The notes under the pieces: generated by a model
What the model was told of the DNA's origin: nothing
What the model saw: only the letters and a program-made list of their open reading frames with translations
The model's database searches: none
Assembly: GCA_035552575.1 (NCBI GenBank)
Contig: DASZLB010000207.1
Span: 1,519 to 65,518, forward strand
Length of the DNA stretch: 64,000 nt
Origin: Solirubrobacteraceae bacterium
Lineage (GTDB): Bacteria; Actinomycetota; Thermoleophilia; Solirubrobacterales; Solirubrobacteraceae
Direction of reading: 5' to 3'
Program-made: the position numbers and the translations under genes
Shown here: in pieces, positions 47,178 to 55,329 of the stretch
How positions within the stretch are numbered: the first letter of the stretch is position 1
How the letters are laid out: every line of letters starts with the position of its first letter

Positions 47178-48683
47178 CTAGCGAACGGTCGCGGCTCGCC
47201 GGGAGGACAGCAGCTCGAGAATCTCGGGGGGAAAGCGACCGAGCGACCTGAGCGCGCCAAAGTAGACGATGCTCGCCACGACCACGCCGATCAGCGGATG
47301 CACGGGAAGCGCGATGCCAGCCGCTGCAGCCGCGGCGCCCGCCAGGAGCACGAGCGCGACCGTGGTGAAGCGCGGCTCGAAACCGGCGGAGAAGCGCTTC
47401 AACATCGCCGCTTGGCTGATCGCGAGTCCGAGCTCGGCGACGAGCGCGGCGACGCCTGCGCCGCGTGCGCCGAGCGACGGGGCGAGTGCGAGCGTGAGCG
47501 CCGCCGAGATGAACAGCGCCCCCAGGTTCGACAGCAGCACCGCGCGATAGTGACGCAGCGTCAACAGCGGAAAGCCGCACGCTACGGCGACGAACGTGGC
47601 AAGCACCGCCGCTCCCTGAATCCGCAGCACGACGATCGCCGGGTCGGCTTTGTTGGCGGCCAGCACATGGATCGCGAAGGCCGCGCCGACCTCGAGGCAG
47701 AGCACCAGCCAGGTGCCGGCAACGAGCGCCAGCTCGAAGATCCGCCCGCTGGCGAAGTCGAAGCGATCGCGATCGTCGCGGTGCGCGCGAGCGAGAATCG
47801 GAAAGGCCGCGCCGATCACGAGGCCGGGAATCCCGACGAGCACTTCGGTGATGCGAAAAGAGGTCGCGAAATAGCCTGTCTGCAGCGCGCTCGCAACGAT
47901 CGACATCAACACGATCGAGATACGGAAGTAGACGACGTTGACGGCGCTGATCACGGCCCATGGAACCGTCTCGCGCAGCAGACTCCACAGCCGGCCAACG
48001 TGGAACGAGGGCTCGAAGCTCACGCGCCCGCGCACGAGCGGCACGGTGCACGCCAGCGAAACCGCGGACGCCGGGATCGCGACGGCGAGCAGCGGCAGCA
48101 CGCCGGCGCCCGCGAGCACGAGGCCGACGAGCAGCCCGACGTTGACGAGCTGGCGGATCAGTTCAGCGGCCGACGCCCAGCCGAAGCGCAGTTCGGCCTG
48201 AAGCGTCGTCGCGAGCAGACTTTGCTGCAACTGCAGGATCAGCCCGACGCCTGCAAGCGCCGTAGCGAGCACGAGCGTCGATCCATAGCCGGCGACAGCC
48301 GCGAAGGCGACGGCAAAGGCCACGCCGACGACGGTCAGCACGATCCGAATGCCGATCGCCGAGCGCATCATCTCGCGCCGGCTGTGATCGCCGAGCGTCG
48401 CGAATTCGCGCAGGACGATGCTGTTCAGCCCGCCCTCGGTGAAGCCGCTGACGATCGTGACGAGCGAGAGGACGGCGACATAGCGGCCGAAGTCCGAGAC
48501 ACCCAGATGGCGGACGAGCAGTGGCGCGGAGATCAGCGAGAGCAGGATGCCGAGCACGTAGGCGCCCGTCCGCAGGGCGCTTCCCCGCAGCGCCGCGGGC
48601 CCGGCGGCCTCGGTGTCGAGCAGGTCGCCCTGCGCTCCCACAATCGGCTCCGCCGGGGGCGTGGCCGGCTCGCCGGAGCTCAT
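47178..48683 (-). CDS. wzx: Wzx/MATE-like oligosaccharide flippase
   Basis: R.LG..DFG.Y, about 14 TM helices, GYFATSFR, FP; ATGA overlap with the upstream reductase. Confidence 0.85.
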   Translation of the reverse strand: MSSGEPATPPAEPIVGAQGDLLDTEAAGPAALRGSALRTGAYVLGILLSLISAPLLVRHLGVSDFGRYVAVLSLVTIVSGFTEGGLNSIVLREFATLGDHSRREMMRSAIGIRIVLTVVGVAFAVAFAAVAGYGSTLVLATALAGVGLILQLQQSLLATTLQAELRFGWASAAELIRQLVNVGLLVGLVLAGAGVLPLLAVAIPASAVSLACTVPLVRGRVSFEPSFHVGRLWSLLRETVPWAVISAVNVVYFRISIVLMSIVASALQTGYFATSFRITEVLVGIPGLVIGAAFPILARAHRDDRDRFDFASGRIFELALVAGTWLVLCLEVGAAFAIHVLAANKADPAIVVLRIQGAAVLATFVAVACGFPLLTLRHYRAVLLSNLGALFISAALTLALAPSLGARGAGVAALVAELGLAISQAAMLKRFSAGFEPRFTTVALVLLAGAAAAAAGIALPVHPLIGVVVASIVYFGALRSLGRFPPEILELLSSRRAATVR

Positions 48684-49600
48684 TCGGACTCTGCGGCGAG
48701 GCGCATGCGCCACCAGTCGATCGCCTGGTCGAGCCCTTCGTCGATGTCAAGCGAAGGACGCCACCCGACCTCCTCGTGCAACCGTCGCGCGTCGGCGAGC
48801 AACGCCGGCGGCTCCCCCTCAGGCATTGGTCGTGCGCCGAGGCGTAGCTGGCCGGTGTCGATCCGGGCTGCGATCCGCTGTGCCAGATCACGCAGCTCGA
48901 GCACCTCGCCGGAGGCGATGTTGACCGGTCCAACCACATCGCTCGCGGCGAGCGCGGCGAGCGCGCCACCGGCGTCAACCGTGTGCAGGAAGTCACGCCG
49001 TTGCGTACCGGCCGTCATCGTGGCGGGCTCGTCGCGCAACAAGGGCAGAACGATCGACGACACGAAGCGCCCCGGAGCCTCGAACGGGCCGTAGAGAAAG
49101 AACAGCCGCCCCCACGCAAACTCGACGCCGACCTGGTGGCAGAGCGCCGCGGCGACCGTGTGCAGGCCGTGCTTGGCCGCTCCGTAAAGCGTCGCCGGGC
49201 GCAGTGGCGCCTGCTCGTCGAAAGGCTCGCTGCGCGACCAGTCGTACTCGGCGCACGTCCCGACCATCACCGCGCGACGACCGCCGGCTGCCGTAAACGC
49301 ACGCAGCAGCGCGAGCGACGCCTCGACCCAGCGCACGTTCTCCGTGGCCGCCCAGAATTTGCCGTGCTCGGCATACCAGGCGAGGTGAACGAGCAGCTCC
49401 GGCGCGAGGTCGTCGAGGAGCTCGCGCAGCAGTGAGCCCGCGTCTGGGTCGAGCAAGTCGGCGACGTGCCAGCTCACGCCGTCGAGCGGGCGGCCGGGTT
49501 CGCGCGCGAGCGCGTGGACCTCGTGCCCCGCCCGCACCAACGCATCGAGCGTGGGAGCTCCGACAAAGCCGCTCGCGCCGGTCAGCAGCACGCGGCTCAT
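48680..49600 (-). CDS. NDP-4-keto-6-deoxysugar 4-reductase (extended SDR)
   Basis: LTGASGFVG, VHLAW, GTCAEY, TLYGAAK (YxxxK), GRLFFLYGP.E, RDF, NIASG. Confidence 0.87.
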   Translation of the reverse strand: MSRVLLTGASGFVGAPTLDALVRAGHEVHALAREPGRPLDGVSWHVADLLDPDAGSLLRELLDDLAPELLVHLAWYAEHGKFWAATENVRWVEASLALLRAFTAAGGRRAVMVGTCAEYDWSRSEPFDEQAPLRPATLYGAAKHGLHTVAAALCHQVGVEFAWGRLFFLYGPFEAPGRFVSSIVLPLLRDEPATMTAGTQRRDFLHTVDAGGALAALAASDVVGPVNIASGEVLELRDLAQRIAARIDTGQLRLGARPMPEGEPPALLADARRLHEEVGWRPSLDIDEGLDQAIDWWRMRLAAESE

Positions 49601-50133
49601 CGGCGAAAGTCCGAGTAGGAGCGATCCTTCTCGGAGATCGTCCGCGCACCGCGCGATATCGGCCACTCGATCGCGAACGCCGGGTCGTCCCAGCGCACGC
49701 CGCGCGCCGCGTCGGGAACGTACTCGTGCCCCATCTGGTAAAGCACCTCGCAGTCCTCGGTCAGCGTCTGAAAGCCGTGCGCGAGCCCGTCCGGGATGTA
49801 GAACGCGAGGCGGTTCTCAGCGCTTAGCTCAACGGCGTGCCAGGCCCTGTACGTCGGCGAGTCGGCGCGCAGATCGACGGCGACGTCGAAGATCGCGCCG
49901 CGCACGCAGCGCACGAGCTTGGACTCCCCGTGCGGCGCCGCCTGATAGTGCATTCCGCGCAGCGTGCCTGCCTGCGCATTGAACGAGGCGTTGCACTGCA
50001 CTACGGCCGGATTCAACCCGTGCGCGCGAAACTCCTCGGCGTCAAACGAGCGCGCGAACCAGCCGCGCTTGTCGCCGAGCAGGTCCAGCTCGATCACCCA
50101 CGCTCCCGGGAGCGGCGTCTGCAGGAACTGCAT
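49597..50133 (-). CDS. rfbC: RmlC/RfbC family 3,5-(or 5-)epimerase, second copy
   Basis: DKRGWFAR, QCN.SFN...GTLRGMHYQ, KLVRC.RG, DLR.DSPTY, AHGFQTL, RWDDPAF.IEWP. Confidence 0.9.
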   Translation of the reverse strand: MQFLQTPLPGAWVIELDLLGDKRGWFARSFDAEEFRAHGLNPAVVQCNASFNAQAGTLRGMHYQAAPHGESKLVRCVRGAIFDVAVDLRADSPTYRAWHAVELSAENRLAFYIPDGLAHGFQTLTEDCEVLYQMGHEYVPDAARGVRWDDPAFAIEWPISRGARTISEKDRSYSDFRR

Positions 50134-50191
50134 CAACGACCCCCGCGCGCGTCGGCGCCTGCGCCGGACGGCTGACGGACGCCGGCCCGCA

Positions 50192-51424
50192 CTAGAGCAG
50201 CGTCAGCTCCGGCGTGCGCACGGCGAAGCGTCCGCCCCACTCGCGGATGAAGCCAAGCTGCTCGACGATCTCGTCCTTGAGGTTCCACGGCAGGATCAGC
50301 ACAATGTCGGGCTTGTCCTCACGAATCTGCTCGGGCGAGCGGATCGGGATGTGACTGCCGGGCAGGAAGTGCCCCTGCTTGTGCGGGTTCAGATCAACCG
50401 TGTAGTCGAGGAAATCCCGGCGGATGCCGCAGTAGTTGAGCATCGTGTTGCCCTTCGCCGGCGCGCCGTAGCCGACGATGCTGAGCCCTTCTTCCTTCAA
50501 GGCGATCATGAAGTTGACGATCTGGCGCTTGTCCTGCTCGACGCGCTGGCCGTAGACGAGGTAGGTGTCGAGTTGCTCGTAGCCGGCCGCTCGCTCACGC
50601 TCACGCAGCTCGCGCGCGGCGTCCGTTTCGGGCTTCTGCGGGTCCTCCGCGTGGGCGCCGTAGATTCGCAGCGAGCCACCGTGCGTCGGCAGCTCCTGCA
50701 CGTCGAACAGGCGCAGTCCGTGGGCCTCGAAAACGGCGCTCACGGTGCGGAAGGAGAAGTAGGAGAAATGCTCGTGGTAGATCGTGTCCCACTGGTTCTC
50801 GTCGACCAGCCGCATCAGGTGGGGGAACTCCATCGTGATCACGCCGTCGGGCTTCAGCAGAACCTTCATGCCGGCGACGAAGTCGTTCAGATCGGGGACA
50901 TGTGCGAGCACGTTGTTGCCGAGTAGCAGGTCCGCGCTCGACTCCTGGGCCAGCGAGCGAGCGACCTCCTCGCCGAAGAACTCGACCACCGTCTCGATCC
51001 CTTTCGCAGTCGCAACATCGGCGACGTTGCCGGCCGGCTCGATGCCGAGCACCGAGATCTTGCGGTCGTGGAAGAACTGCAGCAGGTAACCGTCGTTCGA
51101 GGCGATCTCGACGACCTGACTGCTCGCGTCGAGTGAGAGCCGCTCGATCATCTGCTCGGCATAGCGCTTGCTGTGCTCCAGCCAGCTGCTCGAATAGGAG
51201 GAGTAGTAGGCATAGTCCTCGGAGAAGATCTGCTCCGGGGTCTCGAATTCCTCCAGCTGCACGAGGAAGCACTTCGCGCAGACAAGCGCCCGCAGCGGGT
51301 AGAACGCCTCCATCGCGTTGACCTTCTCCGGCGTCACGTTCGAGTTGGCGAGCGGCGACATCCCGAGGTCGGTGAAGACCGCTTCCAGAGGCGCACCGCA
51401 GAATCGGCAGGGGGTGTGGCTCAT
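50192..51424 (-). CDS. NDP-hexose C-methyltransferase (TylCIII/NovU-like)
   Basis: CRFCG..LG..PLAN, C..C.LVQL, VEIASNDG, NVLAH, DTIYHEH, HGGSLR, YGAPAKG.T.LN, KQG..LPG, LPWN. Confidence 0.92.
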   Translation of the reverse strand: MSHTPCRFCGAPLEAVFTDLGMSPLANSNVTPEKVNAMEAFYPLRALVCAKCFLVQLEEFETPEQIFSEDYAYYSSYSSSWLEHSKRYAEQMIERLSLDASSQVVEIASNDGYLLQFFHDRKISVLGIEPAGNVADVATAKGIETVVEFFGEEVARSLAQESSADLLLGNNVLAHVPDLNDFVAGMKVLLKPDGVITMEFPHLMRLVDENQWDTIYHEHFSYFSFRTVSAVFEAHGLRLFDVQELPTHGGSLRIYGAHAEDPQKPETDAARELRERERAAGYEQLDTYLVYGQRVEQDKRQIVNFMIALKEEGLSIVGYGAPAKGNTMLNYCGIRRDFLDYTVDLNPHKQGHFLPGSHIPIRSPEQIREDKPDIVLILPWNLKDEIVEQLGFIREWGGRFAVRTPELTLL

Positions 51425-52521
51425 GCGGACTGGGCAGCGTAGTGGAAGGACTCGATCTGCCCAAGCGTGACTGCGTGCATGTCGGCGTTCTCGCTCAACG
51501 CGCGGTACCAGTCGACGATGCTACTCAGCGTCCAGTCCAGCGCGACCGGCGGGCGCCAGCCGAGCCGTCCGCGCGCACGCGAGGAGTCGAGCTTGAGATA
51601 GCGCGCCTCATGCGGATGCGGGCCGTCGTCGAGCTCCCAGCGCAGATCCTCGGGCCATAGCTCGGCGAGGCGCTCGACGACCCAGCCGACCGGGCGCGCG
51701 TCCTGCTCGGCAGGGCCGAAGTTCCACCCGCCCGCGTGCTCGGGCTCGTCCCACAGCGCTTGGGCGAGGACCAGGTAGCCGCTCAGCGGGTTGAGCACGT
51801 GCTGCCACGGACGGATCGAGTTGGGATTGCGTATGTGCACCGTCTCGCCGGCGAGCGCGGCGCGCATGACGTCCGGCACGAGCCGGTCTTCGCCCCAGTC
51901 GCCGCCGCCGATCACGTTGCCTGCCCGCGCAGAGGCCACGCGCGGGCCGTCGGGGTCAGAGAAGAACGAGCGGCGAAACGCGGTCGTGACGAGCTCCGCG
52001 CAGCCCTTCGAGTTGGAGTATGGGTCATGTCCGCCCATCGGCTCGTCCTCGCGATAGCCCCACTCCCACTCGCGGTTCTCGTAGCACTTGTCGGAAGTGA
52101 TGTTGACGACCGCGCGCACGCCGTCGCCGTGGCGGCGCACGGCGTCGAGCACGTTGACAGTGCCCATCACGTTCGTCGCGTAGGTGTCGCGCGGCTCGAC
52201 GAACGAACGGCGCACGAGCGACTGCGCGGCCATGTGCACGATCACTTCCGGCCGGCAAGCGGCGACCGCCTGCGCGACGGACTCGGCGTCGCGCACGTCG
52301 CCGTCTATGTTCTCCATGTCCTCGCCTACTCGCGCGAGGTCGTGCAGGGATGGATGCGTAGGCAGGCCTGAGGAGAAGCCGGTGACGTTCGCACCGAGCG
52401 ACTGCAGCCACAACGCCAGCCAGGTGCCCTTGAAGCCCGAGTGGCCGGTGACGAGCACGCGGCGCGCGCGCCAGAAGTTGGGGTCGACGATCGCCTGCGG
52501 TGCCGTGATCGAGTCGCTCAT
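51421..52521 (-). CDS. rfbG: CDP-glucose 4,6-dehydratase
   Basis: FW..RRVLVTGHSGFKGTWL, HMAAQSLVR.S, TSDKCY, GGHDPYSNSK, RAGNVIGGGDW, RPWQHVL.PL.GY, WNFGP. Confidence 0.96.
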   Translation of the reverse strand: MSDSITAPQAIVDPNFWRARRVLVTGHSGFKGTWLALWLQSLGANVTGFSSGLPTHPSLHDLARVGEDMENIDGDVRDAESVAQAVAACRPEVIVHMAAQSLVRRSFVEPRDTYATNVMGTVNVLDAVRRHGDGVRAVVNITSDKCYENREWEWGYREDEPMGGHDPYSNSKGCAELVTTAFRRSFFSDPDGPRVASARAGNVIGGGDWGEDRLVPDVMRAALAGETVHIRNPNSIRPWQHVLNPLSGYLVLAQALWDEPEHAGGWNFGPAEQDARPVGWVVERLAELWPEDLRWELDDGPHPHEARYLKLDSSRARGRLGWRPPVALDWTLSSIVDWYRALSENADMHAVTLGQIESFHYAAQSA

Positions 52522-52526
52522 GGATC

Positions 52527-53297
52527 CTAAACCCAGGTCCGCCATGGAGGCTCGCCCGAACTCCACAGCTCCTCGAGGTGATGGCGGTCGCGGAGCGTGT
52601 CCATCGCCTGCCAGAAGCCCTTGTGGCGATAGCAAGAGAGCTGGCCGCTGTGCGCGAGCGAGCGCATCGGCTCCTGCTCCCACACGGTGCTTGCTCCCGC
52701 GATGTGCTCACCGACCTTCGGCGAGAGTACGAAGAAACCGCCGTTCATCCAGGCGCCGTCACCGCGCGGCTTCTCCTCGAAGTCGCGCACGAGCCCCCCG
52801 TCGATGTCGAGCGCGCCGAAGCGGCCCGGTGGCTGCACGGCTGTGACAGTTGCGCTCGTCCCTTGCTCGCGATGAAAGGCCACCAGCGCGGAGATGTCGA
52901 TGTCCGCGAGACCGTCGCCGTACGTGAAGCAGAAGTCCTCGTCCCCCACGTAAGGGAGCACCCGCTGCAGGCGTCCGCCGGTCATCGTGTTCTCGCCTGT
53001 ATCCACGAGCGTTACCCGCCACGGCTCGGTCTCCGAGCGATGAACGATCATCTCGCCGCTGGCCATGTCGAAAGTTACGTCGCACGTGTGCAACGAGTAG
53101 TTCGCGAAGTACTCCTTGATCAGGTAGCCCTTGTAGCCGAGGCAGATCACGAACTCGTCGATTCCGTGCGACGAGTAGATCTTCATGATGTGCCAAAGCA
53201 TCGGCTTGCCGCCGATCTCGACCATCGGCTTTGGGCGCACAGCGGTCTCCTCGCTCAGTCGCGAGCCGAACCCGCCCGCCAAGATCACGGCCTTCAC
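52527..53297 (-). CDS. rfbF: Glucose-1-phosphate cytidylyltransferase
   Basis: KAVILAGG.GSRLSEET..RPKPMVEIGG, LGYKG, DTG..TMTGGR, TYGDG, NGGFFV, FWQAMDTLRD, PW..W; TACTCT 8 nt before the GTG. Confidence 0.96.
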   Translation of the reverse strand: MKAVILAGGFGSRLSEETAVRPKPMVEIGGKPMLWHIMKIYSSHGIDEFVICLGYKGYLIKEYFANYSLHTCDVTFDMASGEMIVHRSETEPWRVTLVDTGENTMTGGRLQRVLPYVGDEDFCFTYGDGLADIDISALVAFHREQGTSATVTAVQPPGRFGALDIDGGLVRDFEEKPRGDGAWMNGGFFVLSPKVGEHIAGASTVWEQEPMRSLAHSGQLSCYRHKGFWQAMDTLRDRHHLEELWSSGEPPWRTWV

Positions 53298-53397
53298 AAG
53301 CGTGCAGAGTAGTGGACGGTCCGCGCGCGCAGCCAGGCGGCCGCTACGGACGACGCGGCTGCAACGAGCGGACGCGCGCAACTGGGACGCACGGCGC

Positions 53398-55176
53398 TCA
53401 ACGCGCGATCGTGTGCGAGCTGCCGAGCACTTCCCCGGCCGGCCCGAGCGCGCGGACGGCGAACACCTGCGCTGCGCTCGGCACCGTGACCGCCGTCTCG
53501 AAGCCCGCCGAGGGTACAGCCGCCACCGCCGCGAGCGTCGCCGGCGTAGGCCCCGCGAGCACCTGCCAAGCCGTCACGCCTGTCGCACCGTTCCAGCTTG
53601 CGTAGACGGTCGTAGTCGCCGGCGAGGTCGCCTTCAGCGCGATCGCCGGCACGGCTGCGGGCGTAGCGCTCCAGGCAAACCGGTACGCGCGATAAGCCTG
53701 CGTCGGGTACGGCAGGTTCGCGTCGAACACCTCCTGACCGGCGGCGTTGAACTCGGTGAAGTACGGGTCTTCGCCCCAGCCGACGAACCAGTCGCCGTTG
53801 GCAAGCACCTGATTGTCGCCCTGGCTTCCGGTGAGCAGCGACGGCATGCGCACGTCGCGGCTGAGCAGCGTGACCGTGCGCGTCTTCCAGTCGATCGTCT
53901 CATGGATCGCGCGCGAGGCCGAGTGCGCTTTCGGCACGGCACCGTTGTCGAAGATCGTGATCGTGTGGTCCGGCTGCCAGCGCGCGTCGTGCTGGTAGGC
54001 AGTGCCCGTACCGGCGCCCATGCGGAAGCTCGGCTTCTTACCGCCGAGCCGCCACAGAACGGCGCCGCTCTGGTGATTGATCTCATACGCCGCCCACGTG
54101 TTGCGCGAGGAGATCAGGAAGTTACCGTCGCCCCACGGATCGGGTGCGATCGAGTTCATGTGGAAGAAGTCCCACGGACGATTCGGGTCGCGCGGGTCGT
54201 TCGCATAGGAGTCGTTCAACGCCACGTGACCGTACGCGTGCCACTCGAACATGACGAGTCCCGTCTTGATGTCGATCTGCTGCACGACCGCGTCCTGCAG
54301 CGCGCCGTTGCTGGAGCCGTGCACCGAGGAGAGGTCGGCGCGGACGAGCGTGTAGGCCGAGATGTAGGCGGAGCCCTGCGGTGTGATCTGCAGCTCGTGC
54401 AGGTCCGCGAAGTAGCCGTTGCCGGCACGGATCGAAGCGACCGGCTTGTAGTTCGCACCGAGGATCCGATCGTTGCCGAAGCCGACGCCGAGATCGATGT
54501 GCCCTTCCCAGTAAGCGAGCACCGGCTTGCCTTCGTAGCTCGAGACCTGCAGGTTCGTGACGGCGTTGCCTGCTGCCGTCGGCTGAAACCAGACGAGGCG
54601 GCCGCTGCCGTCGAGGATCATCGCGCCGTTCTGCCCGCGCCCGCCATTCGCGGTCAAGAAGATGTCGCCCGGCGCGGCGGCGGCCGAGGCAACGCTCACG
54701 TGCACCGTCGGCGGCAGGAGCTTCGGCTGCGTTACAAAGCTCTGATTGGTCGCCGGAGTGGCCGCGGGCGGCGTGCGGCCGGCCGGCAGCGGATAGGAGA
54801 CGAGCCGCGCGATGTAGAACGTCGTGCCGACGCGCTGCACGTGCCCGCGAGTGCCGACGACGGCCGTCGCCGTGACGCGCTCGCCTTCGGTGAAGCCGCG
54901 CGTCGGAATGAAGCTCGCGCCGGCGGCGCTCGCATAGGACGCGAGCTTGCCGCTGTGCCCGCCGCTGCGCGACCCAACCACGGAGACGCTCGAGATCTCA
55001 CTCGCCGGTGCGCCGAGGAAGCTGATCTGCGTCTGCGGCGATGCGTCGGGCGTGCCGTTCAGCGGCGAGATCGTGACCGCCGACGCGCTCGCCGCCACGG
55101 CGCCCGACGCGATCGTCATCGCGAGCAACGCGAGCACGCAGATCGAGGCGTTTCGTATGCGCTGGGTGGCTTCCAT
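53398..55176 (-). CDS. Secreted arylsulfotransferase (ASST) family protein with N-terminal Ig-like domain
   Basis: Signal peptide; DLHE, FEWH, DFFHMNSI, ISSRNT, WRLGG, QHDAR, FDNG, SQG..Q.L.NG, YRAYR, YASWNGAT, GFET. Confidence 0.88.
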   Translation of the reverse strand: MEATQRIRNASICVLALLAMTIASGAVAASASAVTISPLNGTPDASPQTQISFLGAPASEISSVSVVGSRSGGHSGKLASYASAAGASFIPTRGFTEGERVTATAVVGTRGHVQRVGTTFYIARLVSYPLPAGRTPPAATPATNQSFVTQPKLLPPTVHVSVASAAAAPGDIFLTANGGRGQNGAMILDGSGRLVWFQPTAAGNAVTNLQVSSYEGKPVLAYWEGHIDLGVGFGNDRILGANYKPVASIRAGNGYFADLHELQITPQGSAYISAYTLVRADLSSVHGSSNGALQDAVVQQIDIKTGLVMFEWHAYGHVALNDSYANDPRDPNRPWDFFHMNSIAPDPWGDGNFLISSRNTWAAYEINHQSGAVLWRLGGKKPSFRMGAGTGTAYQHDARWQPDHTITIFDNGAVPKAHSASRAIHETIDWKTRTVTLLSRDVRMPSLLTGSQGDNQVLANGDWFVGWGEDPYFTEFNAAGQEVFDANLPYPTQAYRAYRFAWSATPAAVPAIALKATSPATTTVYASWNGATGVTAWQVLAGPTPATLAAVAAVPSAGFETAVTVPSAAQVFAVRALGPAGEVLGSSHTIAR

Positions 55177-55329
55177 CTCTCTCCTCATGCGGGACTTTGC
55201 CGATGACGCACGACGAACGTCGCGGTCGACAACCCCGCTACGGCCTTCACATAGCGTCGCGCCACCGTCGGCGGATAAGAATGCTCGCTGCGCGCTCAGC
55301 GTGCGCCGCTCGCGCCGGCAAGCAGCCGT

